A DNA stretch of 32,000 bases from Nostoc punctiforme PCC 73102. GTDB taxonomy: Bacteria; Cyanobacteriota; Cyanobacteriia; Cyanobacteriales; Nostocaceae. The position numbers and the translations under genes are program-made. The notes beneath the pieces are model-generated. The model had not been told where the DNA came from. It did not search any database and worked only from the letters and a program-made list of their open reading frames with translations. Positions 10,099 through 18,641 of this stretch are shown in pieces; position 1 is the first letter of the stretch, and each line of letters starts with the position of its first letter. The DNA is taken from the NCBI RefSeq assembly GCF_000020025.1, contig NC_010628.1, forward strand, positions 840,001-872,000, in the 5' to 3' direction.

Positions 10099-10329
10099 GT
10101 TCATCCACCTCTGAACTCCGTCGTTCCACCTTTGAACTCCGTTCATCCACCTCTGAACTCCGTCGTTCCACCTTTGAACTCCGTTCATCCACCTCTGAAC
10201 TCCTTCGTTCCACCTTTGAACTCCGTTCATCCACCTCTAAACTCCGTTCATCCACCTCTGAACTCCGTTCATCCACCTTTGAACTCCGTTCATCCACCTT
10301 TGAACTCCGTTCACCCACCTCAAAGACTC
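10099..10329 (+). repeat. Tandem repeat, 11 x 21 nt (consensus GTTCATCCACCTCTGAACTCC)
   Basis: Head-to-tail units begin at 10099, 10120, 10141, 10162, 10183, 10204, 10225, 10246, 10267, 10288 and 10309. Units 2, 4 and 6 are the variant (G/T)TCGTTCCACCTTTGAACTCC and the last unit is degenerate. Each unit holds the inverted pair GTTCA...TGAAC. Confidence 0.97.
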
Positions 10330-10347
10330 ATGCTCAAAATTTAATAT

Positions 10348-12489
10348 ATGCCAATCACTACTGATTCTCCTTCGCCCCGTATTCCTTCTGGAACTCGTGA
10401 CTCGCGCAAGCACACCCCCAAGACAGATATGCGGGGACTTTATCAAAGAGCAATTCGTGAGTCATTTGTCAAGCTAGATCCTCGAATTACTGTTAAAAAT
10501 CCAGTTATGTTTGTTGTTTGGGTGGGGACAATTGTCACCTTTTTAGTAACCCTTAACCCAAATCTCTTTGGCACAATCCAGGCAGATATCAGCCAACAAC
10601 GCTTGTTAAATGGGTTAATTACCTTCATTCTCTTTTTCACCCTCGTTTTTGCCAACTTTGCCGAAGCCGTAGCTGAAGGACGCGGCAAAGCACAGGCTGA
10701 TTCACTGCGATCGACGCGATCGGATACGATCGCTAATAAAATCCTCCCTGATGGTTCTGTACAACAAGTCAATTCTACGGAACTGCGACGGGGCGATTTG
10801 GTTAAGGTGGTTGCAAATAATATGATTCCCGCCGATGGGGATGTGATTAAAGGCATTGGCTCAGTAGATGAGTCTGCAATCACTGGGGAATCTGCGCCAG
10901 TACTGAAGCAACCAGGTACAGATATTGCCAGTTCAGTCACAGGAGGTACACGCCTACTCTCAGATGAGTTGACAATTCGGATTAGTGCCGATCCTGGTCA
11001 AGGCTTTATCGATCGCATGATTTACTTGGTAGAAGGGGCACAACGCACCAAGACTCCCAACGAGATTGCTTTGACGGTATTGTTGGCAGTGCTAACGCAG
11101 GTGTTCTTGATTGTAGTGGCAACTATGCCGCCATTTGTTGGCTACATCGCCAACTTTATCACCACAGCCTTTGGCCCGGAAGCGGGAAACAGTTTACGTA
11201 CTGGTGGTAGCGTTGCCATTCTCATTTCCCTACTGGTAGCTTTGATTCCCACAACTATCGGTGGTTTGCTCAGTGCGATCGGTATTGCAGGGATGGACAG
11301 GGTTGCCCAATTCAATGTCATTGCTACCTCCGGTCGGGCAGTAGAAGCTTGCGGCGACATCAACACCTTGGTGCTGGATAAGACGGGTACAATCACCTTG
11401 GGGAACCGAATGGCTGATGAGTTGATTCCTCTGGATAATCACTCGCTAGAAGATGTGGCGCGAGTCTCTCTAGCTGCTAGCTTGTTTGACGAAACGCCAG
11501 AGGGCAAGTCAATTGTAGTTTTAGCAGAAAAGTCTCAGGCTGCGGTAGATTTTAATATTGACAAAGCCGAAGGTGTAGAATTTTCGGCGAAAACCCGAAT
11601 GAGTGGCACAAATCTACCCGATGGCAAACAAGTTCGCAAAGGAGCGGTAGATGCCATTAAGGGATTTGTCCGTTCTCGTGGCGGCTACGTTCCTGATGAT
11701 ATAGACGCAGCTTATGAGCGAGTTTCCCGGTTAGGCGGTACACCTTTAGCTGTTTGCCAAGATGACAAAATTTATGGTGTCATTTACCTCAAAGATATTG
11801 TCAAACCTGGTCTGCGGGAGCGATTTGACCAACTCCGCCGCATGGGTGTTCGCACCGTCATGCTCACAGGTGACAACCGAATTACTGCTTCGGTAATTGC
11901 TGAAGAAGCTGGGGTGGATGATTTCATTGCCGAAGCGACTCCAGAAGACAAAATTGAGGTGATTCGCTCCGAACAATCTCAGGGTAAACTGGTGGCAATG
12001 ACCGGGGATGGTACTAACGATGCACCTGCTTTGGCTCAAGCAAACGTCGGTGTGGCAATGAACTCTGGGACGCAAGCTGCCAAAGAAGCTGCTAACATGG
12101 TGGATTTAGACTCTGACCCCACGAAGTTAATTGACTTAGTAACCATAGGTAAACAGTTGCTAATTACCCGTGGAGCCTTGACAACATTCTCCATCGCTAA
12201 CGATATTGCCAAGTATTTTGCGATCATTCCGACTATCTTTGCGGCGGCTGGAATCGGCGCACTTAATATTATGGGATTAAAGAGTGCCCAATCTGCGATC
12301 GTCTCGGCGTTGATTTACAATGCCTTGATTATTCCGGCACTCATTCCGTTAGCACTCAAAGGGGTGAAATTCTTACCTTTAACGGCAGATCAACTGCTAC
12401 GCCGCAACATCTTCATCTATGGACTTGGTGGCATTGTTGCTCCCTTTATTGCTATCAAACTGATAGATATTATCTTACCTTTGTCTTAA
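10348..12489 (+). CDS. kdpB: Potassium-transporting P-type ATPase subunit B
   Basis: 713 aa. P-type ATPase motifs are DKTGTIT (phosphorylation site), TGDN and [15 protein letters not shown]. It is collinear with E. coli KdpB from '[10 protein letters not shown]' onward. The start could instead be the ATG at 10429 (MRGLYQRA...). Confidence 0.95.
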   Translation: MPITTDSPSPRIPSGTRDSRKHTPKTDMRGLYQRAIRESFVKLDPRITVKNPVMFVVWVGTIVTFLVTLNPNLFGTIQADISQQRLLNGLITFILFFTLVFANFAEAVAEGRGKAQADSLRSTRSDTIANKILPDGSVQQVNSTELRRGDLVKVVANNMIPADGDVIKGIGSVDESAITGESAPVLKQPGTDIASSVTGGTRLLSDELTIRISADPGQGFIDRMIYLVEGAQRTKTPNEIALTVLLAVLTQVFLIVVATMPPFVGYIANFITTAFGPEAGNSLRTGGSVAILISLLVALIPTTIGGLLSAIGIAGMDRVAQFNVIATSGRAVEACGDINTLVLDKTGTITLGNRMADELIPLDNHSLEDVARVSLAASLFDETPEGKSIVVLAEKSQAAVDFNIDKAEGVEFSAKTRMSGTNLPDGKQVRKGAVDAIKGFVRSRGGYVPDDIDAAYERVSRLGGTPLAVCQDDKIYGVIYLKDIVKPGLRERFDQLRRMGVRTVMLTGDNRITASVIAEEAGVDDFIAEATPEDKIEVIRSEQSQGKLVAMTGDGTNDAPALAQANVGVAMNSGTQAAKEAANMVDLDSDPTKLIDLVTIGKQLLITRGALTTFSIANDIAKYFAIIPTIFAAAGIGALNIMGLKSAQSAIVSALIYNALIIPALIPLALKGVKFLPLTADQLLRRNIFIYGLGGIVAPFIAIKLIDIILPLS

Positions 12490-12495
12490 TTTACT

Positions 12496-12765
12496 ATGAA
12501 ACCTGTTCGTATCCGCCGCACTATCCTTGCATCGCAAGTACTTGAAGAAATAACTGATATCTGGTGTCAATGGCGTAGACAAAAACTGCCACTGTATTTA
12601 TTCTTGGCAATGTGTTTCAACCTAGTGGTTGCACCTCTAGTCTATGCAGCTACTGGCGAACAACTTTCCCGCAGTCAATCTTGGGGATTGGGACTGTTAG
12701 GAATAGTGACGCTAGGGCTTTCTATCTATTTATTTTTTGTAATGTTTGTACCGGAGAAATTCTAA
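12496..12765 (+). CDS. kdpG: Small two-helix membrane protein in the cyanobacterial 'kdpG' position, with a KdpF-like C-terminal helix
   Basis: 89 aa. The ATG lies 6 nt after the kdpB stop and the stop overlaps the kdpC ATG (TAATG). The C-terminal WGLGLLGIVTLGLSIYLFFVMFVPEKF resembles KdpF peptides, which end ...PEKF or ...AEAF. Confidence 0.7.
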   Translation: MKPVRIRRTILASQVLEEITDIWCQWRRQKLPLYLFLAMCFNLVVAPLVYAATGEQLSRSQSWGLGLLGIVTLGLSIYLFFVMFVPEKF

Positions 12766-13403
12766 TGAGTTTTGCACGTGAAGCTAGTAGAGCAGTTCGT
12801 TCTACCCTGGTACTTTGGGTTATTGGAGCGATTATTTATCCTTTTGGGATGATTGCCATTGGGCAGACTGTGTTTCCGTTTCAAGCTAATGGTAGTTTAC
12901 TAAAAAATAGCGCAGGTCAAGTTGTGGGTTCTGCTTTGATTGGTCAACCTTTTACTAGCGATCGCTATTTTAACAGTCGTCCCAGTACCACTAGTTACAG
13001 CACAGCCGATCCCAAAAAGGACGATGGGGGAGTTTTGAAAACTGGGGTTTCTGGCGCTAGTAACTTGGCTCCCAGTAATCCCGCATTACTCGAACGCATC
13101 AAAGGTAAAGATGACCCAGATCCAAGTAAAAAAATTGAAGGCGATCTGACTCGTCTGAAAACAACAGGTGTACAGCCGACTGGCGATTTAATCTACACCT
13201 CTGGTTCTAGCCTTGACCCCCACATTACCCCCGAAGCTGCGATCGCACAAATTGCGCGAGTAAGCAAGGTACGAGGATTTCAGCCAAACCAACTAGAAAC
13301 TTTGATTGCCCAAAACACAGATGGACGCTTTCTCGGCATCTTTGGTGAGTCTGGAGTTAATGTGTTGAAGCTGAATTTAGCTTTGGATCAGATTAAGAAA
13401 TAA
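12765..13403 (+). CDS. kdpC: Potassium-transporting ATPase subunit C
   Basis: 212 aa from the ATG at 12765 (MSFAREASRAVRSTLVLWVIG...). It has an N-terminal TM anchor, GQPF, SGASNLAPSNP and the SGSSLDPHITPEAA signature. The upstream part of track ORF 12612..13403 overlaps kdpG and is rejected. Confidence 0.9.
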   Translation: MSFAREASRAVRSTLVLWVIGAIIYPFGMIAIGQTVFPFQANGSLLKNSAGQVVGSALIGQPFTSDRYFNSRPSTTSYSTADPKKDDGGVLKTGVSGASNLAPSNPALLERIKGKDDPDPSKKIEGDLTRLKTTGVQPTGDLIYTSGSSLDPHITPEAAIAQIARVSKVRGFQPNQLETLIAQNTDGRFLGIFGESGVNVLKLNLALDQIKK

Positions 13404-13416
13404 AGTTATGGGAAAT

Positions 13417-13446
13417 AGTAGAGACGAGAAATTTTGCGTCTCTACT
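13417..13446. repeat. Palindromic hairpin AGTAGAGACG-N10-CGTCTCTACT just after kdpC
   Basis: Perfect 10-bp arms at 13417-13426 and 13437-13446, 14 nt after the kdpC stop. There is no U-run. It resembles dispersed GAGACG...CGTCTC palindromes of Nostocales and probably marks the operon 3' end. Confidence 0.55.
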
Positions 13447-13957
13447 GTTCAGAATTATCTCAGACTCGTTTTTCATGATTAATATTGAAAGCCTCAATAT
13501 CTCGTATTAATGAACAACGTAAGCAGTTACTATAATTGTTTACTAAGAACTCATCGAGAGTATTTTATGGGTTAGAAACCGAGTTTTTTCAACAAAATTT
13601 TTCCAAAATTATTGATGATGTCATTAGCCAATGTCATGGTTCTTTAAAAATATAGCCAACTCTAGTTCAAATTTGCTACTCTTACAAAGATAAAAAGGAT
13701 TTACCGCAAATAAGAGTCAAAAATAAGAAGATAAAGTCAAAAAATGGCGCAAAATTGAGCGAAATTCCATCATAAACTCTTAATCTGGCAAACAAAGCAT
13801 AAGCAAGTCTTTACGATTCTTCATCTGTAAAAATTTTGTCAGATATGGCTTAAATAACAGCAATCTGATAAGATTTCAAATTAAGTAGAATAACTGCTTG
13901 TTATCTTTTTCTTTAACCCATTAATTTCGGGTATTTTTTAGGAAAGGAAAATAAAAA

Positions 13958-15733
13958 ATGTCTCATCTATTGTGGAAAACTCTGGTACTAAGTCCAGTAG
14001 TTTTGGGAGTGACGGTGTTGGTTTCCGCTAGGGCTATAGCTACCGAAGTAGCAGGCTCTTCTGAAGATATAAAGGCAAAAACTGCTCAGACAGAAGCACC
14101 AATATCTTCTGATGCTTCAACATTTATTCAAACAGAGCAACCAAAAGTTAATCAGCTATTGGTTGCCCAAAAGACTGATGATAATAAGGTTTTAGAAGAG
14201 GTTAACCGCTACAGCACTGAGGGTAAGAACCAAAATTCACTGTCTCAAGTTACATCAGTTTCTCAGTTTTCTGATGTACAGCCGACTGACTGGGCGTTCC
14301 AAGCTTTACAATCCCTGGTTGAACGCTACGGTTGTATTGCTGGATACCCAAATTCTACCTATCGTGGCAATCGGGCACTGACTCGTTATGAATTTGCCGC
14401 AGGTTTGAATGCTTGTTTAGATCGGGTTAATGAACTGATTGCCACAGCGACTGCTGACTTGGTGACAAAACAAGATTTGGCGACCCTCCAGCGTTTGCAA
14501 GAAGAATTCTCGGCAGAACTAGCAACTTTGCGTGGTCGAGTTGATGCTGTAGAAGCACGGACTGCTGAACTAGAAGCAAATCAGTTTTCTACTACAACCA
14601 AGCTTGTGGGTGAAGCTATTTTTGCCGTTAGTGATATTTTTGGCGGCAACACTGGCGATGCTAATAATACTGTTTTCCAGGATAGGGTACGTTTAGACCT
14701 GCAAACCAGCTTCACAGGTAAAGACGTTTTACACACCCGTCTTGCAGCCGGTAATGCACTAGCCTTTAATCAAGTGGATAATGCTGGTGTTCCTATCAAT
14801 ACTGCTGAAGGCACACAAACTTTTCAAATCGGTAGCAGTGTTAACAACAGTGTCAATATAGACTGGTTGGCATATTACGTACCCATAGGCCCAGTTGAAG
14901 CTTATTTTGCGGCTACCGGAGGTATTCATAGCGATTATGTTGCCACTAATAATCCTTACTTTGAGGACTTTGATGGTGGTAATGGTGCTTTGTCTACCTT
15001 TGCTTCTGAAAGTCCCATATATCGCATTGGTGGTGGTGCCGGTGCTGCATTGACTATACCTTTTAGTAGCGGTGGCAGCTTTTTCAAACCAAGTTCATTG
15101 ACTGTTGGTTACTTGGCATCAAATGCTAATAATCCTGGAGCCAATCAAGGTTTGTTGGAGGGTAACTATGCGGCTCTTGGACAGTTGAACTTTAGTGTTG
15201 GCGATCGCTTGGCGATCGCTGCTACCTACGTTCATGGTTATCATGGTGCTGGAGGCGGTAATTTATTTGATCTAGGTGGTGGTTTGGCTAGTGCTAACCG
15301 CGTCGTAGGTACTAATCAAGCTAACACCCTAAGTACTCTCAGCGCATCTTCGAGTAATTCTTACGGTATAGAAGCAGCCTTCAGACCCAGCGACAAACTT
15401 TCAATTAGTGGCTTCGTTTCTTACCACGATATCTCCGGCTTTGGTGCTGGTGATGATTATGAAGCTTGGAGCTACGGTCTTGGGGTAGCGTTACCTGACT
15501 TCGGTAAAAAAGGTAACGTTTTAGGTATTTTTGCTGGTGCAGAACCATATTCGTTTAACCGACCAGGTTTTGTTGGTAATGATATCCCTTATCACTTTGA
15601 AGGCTTCTACAAGTATCGCGTGTCAGATAACATCTCAATTACCCCTGGTGTCATCTGGTTGACCTCGCCTGGTCAAAGCAGCGCTAACGACGATGCAATT
15701 ATCGGTACTCTGAGAACAACTTTCACCTTTTAA
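13958..15733 (+). CDS. Outer-membrane porin, N-terminal SLH domain + coiled coil + OprB-type beta-barrel
   Basis: 591 aa. It has a signal peptide (LVLSPVVLGVTVLVSARAIA), an SLH motif (FSDVQPTDWAFQALQSLVERYGCIAGYP...TRYEFAAGLNACL) and a heptad linker. The Gly/Asn/aromatic-rich barrel ends in GTLRTTFTF (terminal Phe). Confidence 0.87.
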   Translation: MSHLLWKTLVLSPVVLGVTVLVSARAIATEVAGSSEDIKAKTAQTEAPISSDASTFIQTEQPKVNQLLVAQKTDDNKVLEEVNRYSTEGKNQNSLSQVTSVSQFSDVQPTDWAFQALQSLVERYGCIAGYPNSTYRGNRALTRYEFAAGLNACLDRVNELIATATADLVTKQDLATLQRLQEEFSAELATLRGRVDAVEARTAELEANQFSTTTKLVGEAIFAVSDIFGGNTGDANNTVFQDRVRLDLQTSFTGKDVLHTRLAAGNALAFNQVDNAGVPINTAEGTQTFQIGSSVNNSVNIDWLAYYVPIGPVEAYFAATGGIHSDYVATNNPYFEDFDGGNGALSTFASESPIYRIGGGAGAALTIPFSSGGSFFKPSSLTVGYLASNANNPGANQGLLEGNYAALGQLNFSVGDRLAIAATYVHGYHGAGGGNLFDLGGGLASANRVVGTNQANTLSTLSASSSNSYGIEAAFRPSDKLSISGFVSYHDISGFGAGDDYEAWSYGLGVALPDFGKKGNVLGIFAGAEPYSFNRPGFVGNDIPYHFEGFYKYRVSDNISITPGVIWLTSPGQSSANDDAIIGTLRTTFTF

Positions 15734-16112
15734 AAGATTTGGCGATCGCAAGTCCAATCTAGGAAAAGGTTAAAAGGCAAGGGGGAAAGGTGAATTTAAA
15801 TCCTTTCCCTCTAACCGAAAAGTTTTGTATTTGGGTTGAAATAGCGTTTTTACTGTCTGGAGTAATAGACAACTGGAAGAAATGCCAGGACAAATAGTTT
15901 ACCAATCCAGATAAACCTTCAAATATCGGCCCGGAATACCATTTAAAATTACCTTATTCACCTCTATATGAAGATACTGGATGTCTCTTGACTTACTTAG
16001 TCTTGTAGAGTGCCAGACATAGCAGCAAATATGATTCGACATCCAGCTTAAGGGCTGTGATATTATGGGAGACTGCTGCATACATTTAGAAAAACTAGCA
16101 ATTGAATCAATC

Positions 16113-16382
16113 ATGGCCCTGACGCAACTGCGGAAACAAGAAATAATTTCCAATTACCAAGTTCACGAAACCGACACTGGTTCGGCTGATGTCCAAGTTG
16201 CCATGTTAACTGAGCGCATTAACCGCCTCAGCGAACATCTCCAGGCAAATAAAAAAGACCATTCTTCTCGACGGGGACTGTTGAAGCTAATTGGTCAGCG
16301 TAAGCGTCTTCTAGCCTACATATCGCAGGAAAGCCGTGAAAAGTATCAAGCTTTGATCGCTCGCCTCGGTATTCGTGGATAA
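16113..16382 (+). CDS. rpsO: 30S ribosomal protein S15
   Basis: 89 aa from the ATG at 16113: [70 protein letters not shown]... This is the canonical S15 sequence. The 16 extra N-terminal codons in the track ORF are rejected. Confidence 0.94.
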   Translation: MALTQLRKQEIISNYQVHETDTGSADVQVAMLTERINRLSEHLQANKKDHSSRRGLLKLIGQRKRLLAYISQESREKYQALIARLGIRG

Positions 16383-16394
16383 GGACTACCGCTT

Positions 16395-16865
16395 ATGTCT
16401 GCTGAAGAATCTGAACGCAGTCGCTTGCCCTTTGAACCAAACAAAAAGCGCCAAAAACCCGCAAAAACTCAAAGTAAACCAGCAGCACAGCCACAAGAAT
16501 CTGGCAAACAGGCTGATAAAAAACTGACTTACACCAAACAAGAGATGGCTATTCCTCAAGTAGTCAGCCAGAGGATGATCCGACGGGTGGCTGGTTTCTG
16601 TGGCGTACCAACAGCTTTGGGCATTAGTGTCCTGGTTGTTAGCTATCTGCTTGCTATCTACTCCGACATCCAACTAGCTCCCATCGCCGTGTTATTGGTG
16701 AACATGGGATTATTTGGTTTGGGGGTCTTAGGCATAACTTATGGCGTTCTCTCTGCCTCTTGGGATGAAGAAAGAGTCGGAAGTTTGCTTGGTTTGGGTG
16801 AGTTCAACACCAATTGGGGACGAATGGTGACAGTTTGGCGCGAAACTCGCCAAAAAAACTCATAA
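16395..16865 (+). CDS. PAM68-like photosystem II assembly factor (Sll0933/DUF3464-type)
   Basis: 156 aa. A basic, disordered N-terminus is followed by IPQVVSQRMIRRVAGFCGVPTALG and two TM helices with a C-terminal W-rich tail, matching the PAM68 family pattern as I remember it. The ATG is 12 nt after the rpsO stop. Confidence 0.72.
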   Translation: MSAEESERSRLPFEPNKKRQKPAKTQSKPAAQPQESGKQADKKLTYTKQEMAIPQVVSQRMIRRVAGFCGVPTALGISVLVVSYLLAIYSDIQLAPIAVLLVNMGLFGLGVLGITYGVLSASWDEERVGSLLGLGEFNTNWGRMVTVWRETRQKNS

Positions 16866-16917
16866 TTAATGGCGCTCAGGTATTAGGTAACTGCGGTATT
16901 GGGTAAATGAAGAAGTG

Positions 16918-16951
16918 AATGTTGAAGTTGAAATTTTATAACTTCAACATT
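16918..16951 (+). terminator. Perfect 12-bp stem-loop after the rpsO/PAM68 pair
   Basis: AATGTTGAAGTT (16918-16929) and AACTTCAACATT (16940-16951) flank a 10-nt loop, 53 nt after the stop codon. The stem is AT-rich and there is no U-run. Confidence 0.45.
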
Positions 16952-17146
16952 GCTAATTAAAATTACATAATCTTTTTATACCTACATCCAGCTACCCAGT
17001 AGTAAAACTACTGACTGAGCGCTATAATTTTGTCTATTTATTTTGTAAATAAATTTTGTTTTTAACTATTCGTAATTAGGGCAATAGGCAACAATAAAGT
17101 TAGCCCATTTACAAAAAATTTTACTCCATTAATCAGGAAATTTCAC

Positions 17147-18205
17147 ATGATTATAGTAATGAAAACTGGTTCCCCAGAAGCGGAAATAAACCGCATTGAT
17201 GAGGAACTAACTAGCTGGGGGCTAACTCCAGAAAAAATTGTTGGTCAACATAAAGTAGTTATTGGTCTTGTAGGTGAAACTGCTAGCTTAGATCCATTAC
17301 AAATTCAGGAACTTAGCCCCTGGATTGAGCAGGTGTTACGGGTAGAGCAGCCTTACAAACGAGCCAGTCGCCAATACCGTCACGGTGAGGCTTCGGAAGT
17401 AGTAGTTAATACTCCTAATGGAGCAGTGGTATTTGGTGAACATCAGCCTTTGGTAGTCGTTGCCGGTCCTTGCTCAGTAGAAAATGAAGAAATGATTGTA
17501 GAGACGGCACGGCGCGTCAAGACAGCTGGAGCAAAATTTTTGCGCGGAGGGGCATATAAACCCCGAACTTCACCTTACGCCTTCCAAGGACACGGCGAGA
17601 GTGCTTTGGATTTATTAGCAAGGGCGCGGGAAGTTAGTGGGCTAGGTATTATTACAGAAGTGATGGATGCGGCTGACCTGGATAAAATTGTCGAAGTTGC
17701 TGACGTGATTCAGGTAGGAGCAAGAAATATGCAGAATTTCTCCTTGCTCAAAAAAGTGGGAGCGCAGCCGAAACCAGTTCTCTTGAAGCGGGGAATGGCG
17801 GCTACTATTGAAGATTGGTTGATGGCAGCCGAGTATGTTTTGGCATCTGGCAATTCCAATGTAATTTTGTGTGAAAGGGGAATACGCACCTTTGACCGCC
17901 AATATACGCGAAATACGCTGGATTTATCGGTAGTGCCAGTGTTGCGGAAACTGACTCACCTGCCAATTATGATTGACCCCAGCCACGGCGTAGGTTGGTC
18001 TGAGTTTGTGCCTTCAATGGCAATGGCTGCGATCGCAGCTGGCACAGATTCCCTGATGATAGAGGTTCACCCCAATCCTGCCAAAGCCTTATCCGACGGG
18101 CCCCAATCTCTCACACCAGACCGTTTCGATAACTTGATGCAAGAATTAGCAGTAATTGGTAAGGCAGTGGGACGTTGGCAGCAACCAGCTGTGGCTCTGG
18201 CTTAA
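17147..18205 (+). CDS. aroF: 3-deoxy-7-phosphoheptulonate (DAHP) synthase, type I-beta with N-terminal regulatory domain
   Basis: 352 aa. It starts MIIVMKTGS (ferredoxin-like regulatory domain). The motifs AGPCSVE, LRGGAYKPRTSPYAFQG, LLKRG, CERGIRTF and DPSH are collinear with Thermotoga/Bacillus-type DAHPS. Confidence 0.93.
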   Translation: MIIVMKTGSPEAEINRIDEELTSWGLTPEKIVGQHKVVIGLVGETASLDPLQIQELSPWIEQVLRVEQPYKRASRQYRHGEASEVVVNTPNGAVVFGEHQPLVVVAGPCSVENEEMIVETARRVKTAGAKFLRGGAYKPRTSPYAFQGHGESALDLLARAREVSGLGIITEVMDAADLDKIVEVADVIQVGARNMQNFSLLKKVGAQPKPVLLKRGMAATIEDWLMAAEYVLASGNSNVILCERGIRTFDRQYTRNTLDLSVVPVLRKLTHLPIMIDPSHGVGWSEFVPSMAMAAIAAGTDSLMIEVHPNPAKALSDGPQSLTPDRFDNLMQELAVIGKAVGRWQQPAVALA

Positions 18206-18302
18206 AATTTAATTGCAACTTCTTGCTAGGCATAAATAAATAAATTAGGCGTTGCAGAACAGTGGGATGAATTGTGGCAAGCTCTTGAGGCAGGGGCTAG
18301 TA

Positions 18303-18402
18303 AGTCAAAAGGTAAAAGTAAAAAGTAAAAAGAAAAGAATTAAGAATTAAATTTCAAGACTTCATCAGTTCTCTTTTGCCTTTTGCCTTTTTACTTTTGA
18401 CT
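18303..18402. repeat. Imperfect inverted array of A-rich heptamers (AGTCAAAAGGTAAAAGTAAAAAG ... CTTTTTACTTTTGACT)
   Basis: The left arm 18303-18332 and right arm 18373-18402 are near reverse complements, built from (A)AAAGT(A/C)A-type short repeats. It sits 98 nt after the aroF stop. Confidence 0.7.
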
Positions 18403-18524
18403 TCATCTTGGGGAGGCAGAGGAAGCGGGGGGGGAATTTAAAAGTTGCCAAATCATCCGTAAATATGCAACTCCGGATTTTTTTGTATATTGTAATCATG
18501 CCTACCTGTTTATTGCAAATATGA

Positions 18525-18563
18525 AATAAATCCCCTTTAGAATATTTCTAAAGGGGATTTATT
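18525..18563. terminator. Perfect 18-bp hairpin between convergent aroF and the small secreted-protein gene (likely bidirectional terminator)
   Basis: AATAAATCCCCTTTAGAA-TAT-TTCTAAAGGGGATTTATT has arms 18525-18542 and 18546-18563. A/T-rich tails on both sides give U-tracts in either orientation. Confidence 0.6.
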
Positions 18564-18641
18564 AACACAAACTAAAGCTATGAAAAAAGAACTCTGCAAT
18601 CAATATTAATGGGTAATACTTTTTTGCAGTTGTAGACTTTT

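Noticed and set aside
10099-10329. Possible CRISPR array.
   Set aside because: The units abut directly with no unique spacers, the period is only 21 nt, and no cas genes are nearby. It is a simple tandem repeat.
10007-10446. Four overlapping track ORFs (10007-10318 minus, 10047-10364 plus, 10132-10344 plus, 10237-10446 minus) encoding heptapeptide repeats such as ERSSKVD, STSELRS and PPLNSVH.
   Set aside because: They exist only because a stop-free 21-nt (7-codon) unit is repeated 11 times. All begin at TTG/GTG codons that are internal repeat codons, none has a properly spaced SD, and they overlap the kdpA or kdpB ends. The 10132 frame is in phase with kdpB but is separated from it by TAA (10342-10344). 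I treat the region as an RNA/DNA repeat.
10443-12227. Minus-strand ORFs inside kdpB (10443-10940, 11142-11396, 11230-11442, 11746-12075, 12036-12227) and 8543-8725 inside kdpA.
   Set aside because: These are shadow ORFs antisense to strongly supported P-type ATPase and KdpA genes. They have no motifs.
12612-12764. N-terminal 51-codon extension of the kdpC ORF in the track.
   Set aside because: It overlaps kdpG out of frame. The KdpC homology and its TM anchor start at the ATG at 12765, which overlaps the kdpG stop (TAATG).
15899-16673. Minus-strand ORFs 15899-16153 and 16386-16673, overlapping rpsO and the PAM68-like gene.
   Set aside because: They are antisense to well-supported genes. They are Cys/Trp-rich with odd composition and no start context.
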